The position numbers and the translations under genes are program-made. From contig NW_026933830.1 in assembly GCF_032062105.1 (NCBI RefSeq), positions 186,001-250,000 on the forward strand: a stretch of 64,000 nt of DNA, written 5' to 3'. A model generated the notes under the pieces. It was not told where the DNA came from. It worked only from the letters and a program-made list of their open reading frames with translations, and ran no database searches. This DNA is from Saccostrea cucullata (lineage: Eukaryota). Positions 26,501-38,496 of this stretch are shown one piece after another; position 1 is the stretch's first letter, and each line of letters opens with the position of its first letter.

Positions 26501-29500
26501 ATGACTCAGACGATGAAATAGCTCCTGGACTCCTCGTTAGGGTAAGTTCTGCTGGTGTTTGAAGACTCGATAAAAGTAGGATTCTGTTGTTACAAAGAGG
26601 ATCCATAGAGGTTGGTTCTTCATTACTAGTAAAACCAGTAGAGCTACAGTCTCTACTGGGACTCCTGGTTATATTTATGCTTTCCTGCAAAGAAGGGAGG
26701 GCATATTGCTTTGGTGCTGTCTGTTGGTCCGTCTGTTTGTTGGTTAACCAAGTTTCTGTTCATTTTCTTCACAGTCATTGCATATACGAGGGGGTTATCA
26801 AAAAGTTCGTGGACTGAGGCTATAAAATTAGTACTATTTAGTCTGAGCTTACAAAACTTTTAAGGAACATAAAACAACAAAAAATAAAGAAATGTTGAAA
26901 ATTTTAGCTTGATACGTTCATTATTTGCCAAATTATTATAAAATTAAAATGACATTATATGATCACCCGGCGCTGTCGTCGTTTAGTTTAATGATGTCTG
27001 ACAACGTCATTGTTTTTTATTGTCTGCTTCTTCTACCTCATACACTTATTTTGGTGAGATTGCCTAGAGCTGACTAAGGAATTGAACCCGTCTTGTTTAT
27101 GTGAATTTACAATGTCATGTACAGCGGGTTTCAATGCATATAGTATTTCCAGTGGAATTTTATACTGGGAGAGATCCTGGCTTGATTGTGCCAGCATATT
27201 CTGATTTTTGGAGGCCAATAGCTACAACACATTATCAACGTCATTTTTGACGTGATTGATTTTTCCCACTTGACTTCAAATCGACATTAATTTTGTATTA
27301 CTTTTCTCTTTAAATTTAATTATTTTGGCATTAAAAACAAGTACTCTTGATGTATATTATTTCTTCGTAGCAAGTTTAAACATTTCCTAGGCCTATACTA
27401 GTTTTTTTTTCAGGGGAAAAACTTCGAAGAATGTTGGAAAAGGAAACACCTCCCCCTTTTTGACGTCATTTTCTAGCCTTAATTGTTCGGACACTCCATG
27501 TTGAATTTATGATAAAATGTCATAGAACTTCAAGAATGAGGCAAAAATTCCACATTTTATGGAACAATAGTGTCCCAACGCAAACCTGAATTGAAGGGAT
27601 TTTTGGAAGTCAAAATGTACATATCAAACGAGTTTTTCTCAGTTACACTTAGTTCGAAAAAAACGTCGTTTTCGAGGTTGCGCCGCCTGGACATACCATT
27701 GCTTTCGAAATCTTTACTAATTTATTACAGAATAAAATTTATGACTTGTGGTTTTTTCTATTGATAGAAAAGATTATGCTAAATGGATATTTTAAAATTC
27801 ATTGATGTACCTAAAGCGGTTTAAATTTTATGGCGCTAGTCCACGAACTGTTGATACCCCCTCGTACTTACTTTCTTACTTACGCCTGCTACCCCTTTTG
27901 GGGCATATGCCGCTAACAAGATTCCTTCAGGCCTCTCTATCCTGAGCATAAACTGCAATAAAATTTTGCTTACAGATTTATCATAAGAATATCTAGATCA
28001 AGTTCTGTTTTTGATAGGAATGAGCCATTTTTGACAGAGTTATGCTCCTTGGACTGAGAGTAATTCTTATTATTTGCAGTTTCCATTCATTTCCTTTGCA
28101 GAGATTGCACATACTGAAATGAAATTTAGGAAACAGATTTATCAGATAAATACCTAGGTTAGGTTTTGTTTTGGGTGCATCAAGTATTTGGGACAGAGTC
28201 ATGCCTTTTGGACTTAAAAAAATTCCAATTATTTGGGGGAGGAGGCATAAATGTTTTATAAACATCTCTTGTTTGAAAAGCCTTGGAATAATTGTGTATC
28301 ATAGTTGTATAACTGATTTTTAGCTCACCTCAACGAAGTTGGGGGGAGCTTATGTGATACCCTCGGCGTCGGCGTCGGCGTCGGCGTCGGTGTCGGCGTC
28401 GGCGTCGGCGTCCCAGGTTAAGGTTAAGTTTTTTGGAGCAGTTTTCTTTTTAAGTACTTCTATGTCCTATATTGATTAGACATGCATGGAAGATGTTGCT
28501 AGTGTGTTTCATTGTACCAGTCAAAGTTTCAGATGCTGCAATTTCAGCAAAGGAATGACCAGGTTAATGTTTTTGGTGCAGGTTAACATTTTTGGTGCAG
28601 TTTTTGGTGTAGGTCTCATTTCCGAGTAACTATAAGCCCTATGTTGACCAAACTTACATGGATGATACATCTTAGGATGCATACTACCAGCCTTGCTTCG
28701 GATGCTGAATCTGACCTACATTTTCCGGTTGAGTGAACAGGTTAAAGTTTTTGGTGATGGTTTCATTTTGAAGATACTTTGAGCCCTATAATGACCAAAC
28801 TTGCATGGATGGTACATCTTAGGATGTATTCTACTAGACTTGCTTCGGATGCTGAATCTGACCTACATTTTCCGGTTGAGTGAACAGGTTAAAGTTTTTG
28901 GTGCAGGTTTCATTTCCAAGTTACTATGAGACATATAATGACCAAACTTACATGGATGATACATCTTAGGATGCATACTACCAGCCTTGCTTCGGATGCT
29001 GAATCTGACCTACATTTTCCGGTTGAGTGAACACGTTAAAGTTTTTGGTGAAGGTCATTTTGAAGATACATTGAGACCTATAATGACCAAACTTGCATGG
29101 ATGGTACATCTTAGGATGTAATCTACTAGACTTGCTTCGGATGCTGAATCTGACCTACATTTTCCGGTTGAGTGAACAGGTTAAAATTTTGGATGCAGGT
29201 TTCATTTCCAAGGTACAGTACTATGAACCCTATAACGACTAAATTGCATGGATGGTACATCTTAGGATGCATACTACCAGACTTGCTTCGGATGCTGAAT
29301 CTGACCTACATTTTCTGGACGAGTAAACAGGTTAAAGTTTATGGTACAGGATTCATTTCCAAGTAACTTTGAGCTCTATAATGACCAAACTTGCATGGAT
29401 GGTACATCTAAGGGTGCATTCTACTAGGCTGGCTTCGGATGCTGAATCTGACCTACATTTTCTGGATTAGTGGAAAGGTTAATTTTTTATACAGGTTTCA

Positions 29501-30005
29501 TTTGCAAGTAACTTTAAGCCCTATGTTGACCAAACTTGCATGGATGATGCATCTTAGGATGCACACTAATGGACTTGGTTCAGATGCTGAATTCGACATA
29601 CATTTTCCAGATAATAGATAAAAGTTATGGGTGCAAGTCTATCACCAAGAAACTATAAGGCTTATATAAACCAGTTGCACAAATGATGCATCAAGGGATG
29701 AAAACTCTCAATCTTGCTTCAGATGCTGGATTTTAATTACATTTTCATGATGAAGAACTAGTTTTTAGTTTTTATATAGGTCTATTCCAAAGTATCAAAT
29801 TTGCATAAATTTTGCATTTTTTCGATGTACACTTTTTGTTGGTTAATTGTGTGACTTAATTTGCCTTACTTAAAGACAACACACGTTGAGGTGAGCTCTG
29901 TAATCTCTGATTACCTATGTTTTTTCTCAATTCTAGCTTGCCATACCTTGGGATGTAAATCCACAGTTTAAATGCCTCTATAGAGAACAAGACCAAGTAG
30001 AATAG
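20521..30005 (+). CDS. Uncharacterised basic, repeat-containing protein; partial paralogue of the 3' end of the upstream HMG-box gene
   Basis: Exons 20521-21127 (phase 1, ..TCTACTG|gtaaat), 21693-21811, 25936-26172, 26422-26541 and 29937-30005 (TAG) join in frame. Exon 26422 encodes SSVSDDETDD versus SSVSEDETDD in HMG-gene exon 11958. Donor ctgtcaag|gtaacc matches ttgtcaag|gtaacc. The ATG at 20521 follows an acceptor, so a 5' exon probably lies upstream. Confidence 0.6.
20622..20975 (+). repeat. Coding 42-bp (14-aa) tandem repeat, about 8 copies
   Basis: (L/I)GITQE(R/I)EHL(S/P)TSE repeated within ORF 20521. Confidence 0.9.
21212..21403. mobile_element. Tigger-like MITE
   Basis: tacagtaaaactc... 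/ ...ttcgttataaccgagtttataacagta with repeated ggatata(g/t)cgaa motifs. Confidence 0.5.
22174..22950. mobile_element. Two HINE-like elements in inverted (tail-to-tail) orientation
   Basis: 22174-22575 ends gccgggcgcatagtgtttcacaaacacatcttgtt; 22584 onward is its reverse complement (aacaaaatgtgtttgtgaaacactatgtgcccgg). Confidence 0.7.
23115..23280 (+). repeat. 18-bp tandem repeat (ttttgctataattcact-like), about 9 copies
   Basis: Directly visible. Confidence 0.8.
23468..25704. mobile_element. 2.2-kb non-autonomous DNA transposon with TAG termini (Academ-like)
   Basis: TIRs tagtggagtgacaa / ttgtcactccacta with 3-bp ATG duplication; splits a degenerate SINE (ctactgtgacatg|...|atgggacct). Confidence 0.7.
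26785..27866. mobile_element. Mariner/Tc1-like non-autonomous element
   Basis: TIRs tacgagggggttatcaaaaagttcgtggact / agtccacgaactgttgataccccctcgta with TA at both ends; nested in a HINE-like element spanning about 26673-28272. Confidence 0.75.
27867..27948 (-). mobile_element. 3' end of an RTE-like non-LTR retrotransposon
   Basis: Minus strand reads AQDREA*RNLVSGICPKRG followed by a (TAAG)n-like tail, typical of RTE C-termini. Confidence 0.55.
28317..29920 (+). mobile_element. Second full copy of the same HINE-like family
   Basis: Same termini as 14927-16365, longer (GGCGTC)n, about 7 internal units. Confidence 0.8.
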
Positions 30006-32779
30006 ACTCTGGGAGGGGGACCACCCACAGCTCCTGGAATCAGGGTGGGACTTTTGTCCAGGAGGCATGACAGAGAGTAGGAATGAGAAATGACCTCCAA
30101 ACATCAAACAGGAATTACTTAAGACTGGAGAAAACATCAAAAAACAGTGCTCAGAAAGTTCATATTCCTGGAATAACAGAGGCTGTAAAAAGTTTACATT
30201 GGAATCGAAAGAAATATGAATTAACAATGTCTTTAGAAAGACAGCATGTACTAATAAGGGATTGTCTTAAAATTCCATCAAAGCACCAGAAACTTTGTAC
30301 AGGCACTCTAAACTTAGACTTTCTGTAGAGGAAACATTTATGTATGTATTAAAGTTGTATTGTACTGGTCAGACAAGTTAGATCACTGTGGTGACTCGGT
30401 AGAGCATCAGACTATCATTAATGAGATCTTGGTTGGAATCCTTTTCTGACCCGTCACATTTTTCCTTATTGGTTACAATATACACAGCTGGTTACTGTAA
30501 ATTCTGACAGGATATTCATTGTTGGTCTTAGATACCTTACTGGTTCAAATGTGTATTTAAAATGCAAACAGAAAAAGTTTTGCACTTATATATTTTGAAC
30601 TTTAATGTTTTCTCTTGACAATTTACATGATAATTTAAGTATACCTATCTTGTAAATTATCTGTGTATTGGAGTAAGTTTGACTCTGTTTTTAAAGTGAT
30701 CTTTGTAAATACCTGTAGATTATACTGAGAATATTTTTAAAAGCTTGCCTTTACATTTTACGATTTTTTCACTTTAATTCTGTGTTTGATCATTTTACTG
30801 GAAAGCCGTTCTTATTACAGTCCTCAGTACAATTTTACTGAAGGTAGACTTGTTATTGATTGGGAAGGGAGAAGATGTGGACATTTGATGTGTTCTGATT
30901 ATGAAGGGCAGCTATATTGAACATGTTACAAAATAGTATTGAAGGGATCCTCACAACATCGTGTTCTGTGTCCACTTGTGGCCATGGAACCCCTGACAAA
31001 CGCAGGTAGCTTTAATGGTTAGGGAACAGAAAAGTTTATACTATAGGAAAGTACCTGTCTTACATTATTTTTTCTGTCTGTAAACCTCAGTCAGATACAT
31101 ATTCAGTATCAGATTTTGATTCCACCAACAGTGTTGCCATTTTATTGGGATAAAAACTTCTGTAAAAGTCTTTCAAAAGGCTACTGATTCTGCAGTTTTA
31201 GCCGGATTGCTGTAAATCTTGGTATCTTGAAGTCTGTCAGAGATCATACAGCCCTCAGTGAACTTGGACCGAGATGTTGTGGGGATCCATTGTATGTAGG
31301 GATTGGATGCATACTTTTGTTTTCAAGACTGTGACTTAATTTGTGTATCTTAGTTGAATGTTAGATACAAATGTATTCACATGTATGTTTATTAATTGGC
31401 TACACTTTGCCTTCATTGTTTCTCAAACTTTCTTTCTTATAATTTGTGACTATAATGTTTAAGTATTGTACTTAGCACTTAGTTTGTTGCATTCTTGGTG
31501 AAAAAGCAATTTATATTTATAATGTTTTTAACATTTTCTGTAAACGGTAAATCTTAGGTAGATAAATCTAAAATATCTTTGAGTTTTTTGTTTTGACTTC
31601 TTGAATTGGGTTGGTATGTGATAAAATCCCATAAGTTCTAAGGTATGAATGCTTGGAATTATGTGTATAGATGCAATTGATTTCATTCATATTTAAAAAT
31701 TTATAAAATATTTTGTATAAAGATAGAAAAAACAATTTTTGGTCTCTTAGTCACCCAGTCACATGCTGCTACAGTGTTACTTATAAACCCGAAAGAAAAT
31801 GTTCACTTTATCAAACTTTAAATTAAGTTAAACTGCAAGTGTATGTAAATGGTTTATGTAATCCTAAATCCTATATTTTTGAATTAATACATGAAAGTAT
31901 ATAGTACTGTATCATTGGTATCTGATATTCTTCAAGTTAGTATTTTGTATTCTTCATAGTGTCTTCTTACTGCAAAAATAATGTACTGAGTTACTGATTC
32001 TTAGGTCAGATTCTCACAAATTTTGGATGTTAAGGACGTCCAGAATTTTTGCATTCTTGAAAGGTACATTTGAAACTTAGCAAAACTATTGCATACTATT
32101 TGTTTACTTAAAAATATACTTGTATATCCTATTTGTCTGCCTTGCTGAACAAACACCTGACCAGGTCCATATAGTCCTGAGTAGACTTCATCAAAAGTCA
32201 ATAATTGTAGAGAGATCCATAAAAATCTTTTGCAGAATTGCATAGAAAATGATGTTTTGTAAAATTGAAATAAGGTAATCATTTTTTAAAGTCTTTTAAG
32301 ATTTAAAGATTTTCTTATTTTCATGAAGTGGGGTCAATCTCGGCGAAAAAGTCACTTCTCTCACATGTACCGGTATGTTACCTGTCATTTGAAATTTTTA
32401 ATTCTTATGTTCTTATAAATTCTTGTAAACCTTTAATTTGTAAACAATAAATTAGACCTAGCTCAGCACCTTACAAATGCAGTGCAGTTCATCTTTTTAA
32501 CCACCCCACCACCAGCTTATATAAGGTCATGAACATATGAAAAAAGCAGCCTCATTCAAATGTTAAATGTTTTATTTATAAAAAAAACTTAAAAACGATA
32601 CAAACTAACTGCTTGAATACTACCGGTATAAATGTGCGAGAGAGTCCCACACTTAAAGTTTTACACATAATCTTCATGTAAAATGAACTGGTGATGTTTT
32701 TAACACTGGAATGGAGCAAAGTTGTTAAGTTCTGAGTTTTTGGTTGGGGTCTGGACCCACTGTAACATCTGGTTAGCTG

Positions 32780-33350
32780 TAACAATCCACACATCCTGGA
32801 AAACAACCAATGAAATTAAATAACAACCCACACATCCTGGAAAACAACCAATCAATTTAATGGTAACAACCCACACATCCTGAAAAACAACCAATCAAGT
32901 TAACAGAAACAACCAACACTTATCAAAAATCAACCAATCAATTTAATGGTAACAACCCACACATCCTGGAAAACAACCAATCAAATTAACAAACAACCCA
33001 CACATCCTGGAAAACAGCCAATCAAATTAACAGAAACAACCAACACTTATCAAAAATCAACCAATCAATTTAATGGTAACAACCCAAACATCCTGGAAAA
33101 CAACCAATCAAATTGACAGGAACAAGCAACAGTTATCAAAAATCCACCAATCAATTTAATGGTAACAGCCCATACATCTTAAAATTAACCAATCAAGTGA
33201 ACAATCTACATATCCTGAAAAACAACCAATCAAGTTAAATAACAACCCAAACATCTTAAAAATCAACCAATGAAGTTAATAGTGACAATCCATATATCTT
33301 TAAAATCAACCAATCTAGTTAAAATATAGAATAAATCTAGACATCCTGAA
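32780..33350 (-). repeat. Splice-acceptor-derived minisatellite (about 37-40 bp) upstream of the last CDA-like exon
   Basis: Minus-strand unit ttgattggttgttttccag|gatgtgtgggttgtt copies the true acceptor at 32796 and the exon start. Confidence 0.85.
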
Positions 33351-34429
33351 AATTCTGTAATTTCGATCTTCTTGTGTTTTTCTTGTGTGAATCAGAAAAC
33401 CTTTCTTTGTGCAAGCCTGTACATGTTGTTTAAGCAAAAAGAGTTCAGAGTATTAACCTATTTATTGGGTGTTGTCTGAAAACCTGAGAAATAATCTGTA
33501 TTTGTTAAAATGCATGAGTAATAATTATAGAGACGTACGTCAAAAGCAGCTCTGACGTAATCCACGAACTCTATGGTCCCCTCCAGTTTGTAGTCGGTCT
33601 TCATCCACAGCGGGTCTAACACCAGAACATAGGGCTCCTTATTACCTTCATAGTGGGAGGCGAAACTACAACAAAACAGAACGACTCAAATTAGAACATG
33701 GCTACTGTATTATACATTTCTCCGTATTTATTGGTAGTTAAGTATTAGTAAATATATCCAGATATATCTCACTATATGAATACATCTCAGTGTTTGAGCA
33801 CTTGTATTTCAGTATTTGGGAAGATGTATCTCGGGGTTTGAGTACCCTTATCTCGGTGTGTGAGTATTAGTATCTCAGTTGTATTGTATTTATATCTCAA
33901 TGTTTGTCTTACTTATTGTATAACAGGTCAAACACGTATATATACATGTACCCCGGTACACCCAGTGTTTGAGTGTTTGTGTCCACGTCAGATCGGCAAC
34001 CAGCACCTGCCATTTACCTGTCAAAGTTTAACATCGTATAAACAGTTATTCACTAACAGTGGGTCTGTGCAATTACGTCATGAGAAGGAGAGGGTACTTT
34101 AATTATATTGAAGTGGGAATTTTGATGATATCAATGTGGTAACGTTGACGAATTAATACCGTAATATAGTCATCAAATTTTCCACCTCCTTATTCCTTTT
34201 GAAGAAATGTTTGATACTGGTAAAACGAGTTCCAGCTCGCCATTTCATGAAATATCGAAATCGTTAAATTTCCAACCCTTTACTTTAAGAGTTATTAATG
34301 GTTCTTCTTTGACAAAGACATTTTTGATAGATACACGACACGACAGATAGAACGGTGTAAATATGCTTATCGTTAGTTTAATGTGCCAAATGTGCTTAAT
34401 ATTTACATTACTTGGCGTTATGATAAATG

Positions 34430-34870
34430 TTGACGTTTACCTGGGATTTCAACATGTTTAATTTGCTACAATTGGTAAATAATGGCATTTCCTGGAATTT
34501 TAATGTGCCAAAAATAATGGCTTAACCTGAAATTTTGATGTGGCAAATAATAGCTTTACTTGAGATTTTGATGTGCCAGGCCCACATGTGGCAAATAATG
34601 CCGCCCCCTGAGATTTTAATGTGCCACATGTGGTAGATAATGACGTTACCTGGGATTTTAATGTGCCACATGATTGTGGTAGATAATGACGTTACCTGGG
34701 ATTTTAATGTGCCACATGTGGTAGATAATGACGTTATCTAAGATTTTAATGTGCCACATGTGGCAAATATGGCAGCTACCTAAAATTGAATGTGCCACAT
34801 GTGGCAGATAATGACGTTACCTGGGATTTTAATTTGCCACATGTGGCAGATAATGACTTTACCTGGGTAC
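34430..34870 (-). repeat. 42-bp splice-donor-derived minisatellite in the CDA-like gene
   Basis: Minus-strand unit aaaatcccag|gtaacgtcattatctgccacatgtggcacatt; true donor at 34862, next copy at 34820. Confidence 0.85.
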
Positions 34871-37800
34871 TTCCTGGTGGCGGAGGTGCCTGTTGTACAC
34901 AGGTTCTCGGTCGGTGGGTAGTCGTACGTAAACGGCCATTTGTAATTCAACTGCTGATCGTACTGACTTGTAACACACCCGGCGTCATAAAGCAAGCCAT
35001 TGTTACCGATCGCTGAAATCCATTTCAATGTACAGGGGGTTTAATTTCAAGAGGAAGATGGCAATGGAAAGGTTGTTTATGGAAATCTTATTATAGTTTT
35101 TATATGTCCATATGTGCACATATTTGGTCTAGCTTTACTATATATTTGTCAGATCGAATCAGCGTAGAAAGTTTCTTCTGTTTTTTTTTTTGTTTTTTTT
35201 TCATAAGTTCTTAAAAGTTAATACTGAACAAAAGCGGACCCCATTCATTTGTATAAAATATATGTTAATTAAACCAAAATAAAGATTTACAGCGTGAAAG
35301 TATCACCGGAAGCGCTAAAAAGTTCTACAAATTCAATACAGTGATATTTTTCATAAAGAACAATTCCGTGAACGATCTTCAGACCTGCTTTACAGCTGAA
35401 AGATAAAAAAAGTTCACATTTCTCATTGTTTACAGGAATGTTTTGCTCTGCAGAATATCATCTACTTTGGTGATACATGTGATGCCGATGACATTAAAGG
35501 TTCATTATAATTCAATCAAACAATCAAAAAATGCAATGATAGATTTCATGAAGAGAAATGATTGATTATTGCTACTATATGCTACTATATGCATGCATCA
35601 TTGACACTTTACATGTACTTTTGGCAAATATCATTAACACTATACTAGCGGGACGTCGTGCCTGTAGTTGGGAAGTAGTGTCTGGAGAGAAACGCCTTAC
35701 TTTTCATCATGTTGACCATGTCTCCCTCTGTAGTAGGAATCGTTCCATCTATAGAATTGATTCCAATCTCAAACCCTCCGTCAGCATACCGCTTGACCAG
35801 TCCAAGGTTCGAGCCTTGATCTTGGATAAAGAATGTTCCCCTGATCTCACATCCATTAGGATTGTTAACCACAAAGATCTGGTTATATAACGGTTCATAT
35901 TCTTCATTCAAAGTATAGTCCATAGTCAGAACGACTAGCTGGGGAACGTCCGACTTATTCAGACCCCCGGGAACGGCAGTGTCCAGAAAACAGCGGCAGT
36001 TGGGCAGCTGACAGTTGCTGGTGGGGTCACACCCTCCCTGGGCTGTGACCCCCAGGACTAGAGTTGCTAAAGCCGCTAGGAGCAGAGACATGATCAGCAC
36101 CTGTCTGTAGTTATGGACCCGGTAGTGCAATATTCCTTAGGTTTATGTGTACTGAACTTTCTTATCTGAAAGTTCTGGAATCAGGGGACTCATGGGAACT
36201 AGCTACGGAGTACAGGGGAAAAGGGATGATGAGGGTCTAAGGGGATCAGACGAACGGACTACCTCTTTATTGTAAAGGATTTACATTGGTCGTCACTAAA
36301 ACATTGACATGTGAATTTTTATGAGTTAAGGGTTCGTTTTCTTTGATGGAATAAATTAATGTTCTTCGAATTCCCTTACAGTGGCCTCCGAGTTTTAACA
36401 GTGCAGACGGCATGGCGACCTGTGGCAGAAGATAAGGTGACGGTGGCGCCTCCAGGAAGAATCGGTCGAGTTAGAACTATAGTGCTGATAAAGCAGTAAC
36501 TGGCTGGTCCCGCACAGAACAACATTATATACATTGTTTTGATAGGATTTCAGAGCTTCAAGAGTTTTGTCGAACCCGCGAGAACAAAATTGGTCAAACC
36601 TGAAGACGTTAGATCCAAAGCAACACTTTGGTTCAAGGGTTTGGTAAAACGCAATCTGGCCGAAAACCCAGTTAAAACATCTTTTAAAAAAATATATATA
36701 TGCTAATATAACTTTTTGACTCCTATCGCATGATTCCACCTTAGCTGAAAATTAACCAATGCGATCTGCAAATTACTATAACTACTATTATGACATCACA
36801 CTAACCCACCCAAAATATTTTTTCTCTCAATAAAACATTTTTTGGCATAGATTTATATTAGGGATCTTTTTTTATAAAAAGGAAAACTGTTATTCTTATT
36901 GATATTTTCTAGAATATACTGAATATGATAGTGTCTATTTAATATTCATATTCATGATATTGCAGTCTGAGTGACATTGTCATTGGAAGGTACCATTCTA
37001 TATACCTATATACTCTTTTCTGTGAAGAAAAATCCTCAGTTCATATATATTTAATTTATATATGGATTGACCGAATTAAAGGGCTACATTTCATTTATTT
37101 TTTTTTTTTTTACAAAGAATGAGAACAAAATTTGAAGATAATGAGAACAGGTCATAAGTTTTTTTTCTTGTCTTTTATATCACTTAGAGACTATAGATCA
37201 AAATTAATTTGGGCTGTTTAATGCAGGGAAACCCAGGGGGGGTGACTTTTTTCCCCAACATAACCTTTACTATTGTAAATGTTCATTGATAGGATGGTTG
37301 GCCCCCCACTTTATAACCACAGTATAGTGATAGCAATGATTATGAGGAAAAAATTGGAAGTGATAGTAAGTTGGCTTTGAAAAAGTTGGCCACTACCCCC
37401 CCCCCCCCCCCCCACGAAATAGGATTTTCGAGTTTGGGCAACTTTTAATTTTCGTTTTTTTTTTTTTTTGCTTGTCAACTTTTTCAGGTGAGTAAACAAA
37501 AAATTTTCTCAGGTTGGCCCCCCCACTTTCAAAAACGATGCTACGTGCCTGTAATGTAATTGTTTTCCTTTATATTCATTTATTAGAGTAGTTTAAGGAA
37601 TTTAATAATTTAAAAGGCTACATTTGTTTTATTATGTTTTCTTGTAAAACATTTCTAATATGTTTTAATGTAGAGTAGACTCTTATTCAAGGCACTGTTA
37701 AACCTTACCAATTACTGTATTAATTACAGAACATCAGAATTAACGTATCGCTAGCTGTCAATCACAACAAATTTTCAACCAATGAAATAATTTTATTTAT

Positions 37801-38496
37801 TCTGCGCGATCAGAAAACACTTGCTCCGCCATATGCTCCGACAAACACTCGCAGTGAGCTGAGCAGTCGACAATGAAGAAATTGAACAAATAAGTCCATT
37901 ATCGTTAAAAGATTCAGTTTGGAAACGTGTAACACTGACGACAGGTATCCCGAAAGGGAATCATGGATGTTTTTGGACAGCGATGATTCGGTACGCCGAT
38001 GTTTCGGGGCCTGACAACACGTTTTGGGTCAATCGGGACTTCTAAATATTTTGGTCAGGAAATGAAATAAAACTTGTTTACTTGGTTTTTTTTCCATGTT
38101 TATACATTTATACTTTCTTAGTTTGATAGATACACAAAAAATCGGTATTGAGTGTAAATTAATGATAAATCTATGCACAGTATCACTGGTGCTCGTGGAC
38201 CCCCCCCCCCCCACTTTTTTTTTCAATATAAAAAAAAATCTGATTCATCTCTCTTCATTTCCAATTTCTGACAACTTAATCTATATGTTTCTATTTGAAA
38301 ATCACGGAAATATATCAATCATATGCAACTTCTATTCAGCTGTTTCACGTTTAACATGATTTTTTTAATATTGAAAGGGAGAATCCTGTCCACAAGCACC
38401 TGTGCACAGATTTACAGACTGCTTGTCTTCGATCTTTTTAAATATATAACATGCATATACATACGCATAAGAATATATCTAAACGTCATCAGGCCT

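Larger units (their letters stand above)
32700..36091 (-). pseudogene. Chitin deacetylase-like (CE4/NodB polysaccharide deacetylase fold) secreted protein; catalytically degenerate and disrupted in this sequence
   Basis: Exons (minus): 36091-35701 (signal peptide MSLLLAALATLVLGVTAQ, CDPTSNCQLPNCRC, VPQLVVLTMD, NPNGCEIRGTFF); truncated exon from 35395 (TVKQV then stop); 35012-34863 (LLYDAG..KWPFTYD..C); 34017-33913 (GKWQV..., FDLLYN, frameshifted); 33665-33539 (FASHYEGNKEPY); 32795-32700 (DVWIVTANQMLQWVQTP...C*). The motif order matches animal chitin deacetylases. The family call is firm; pseudogene versus assembly error is unresolved. Confidence 0.75.

Noticed and set aside
36380-36414. Upstream ATG exon for the CDA-like gene (gccATGccg...t|gtaag)
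   Set aside because: It ends in phase 1, out of frame with the signal-peptide exon; at most a 5' UTR exon or uORF.
37860-38045. GC-richer open stretch that might be an exon
   Set aside because: No convincing splice sites, start codon or recognisable protein motif.
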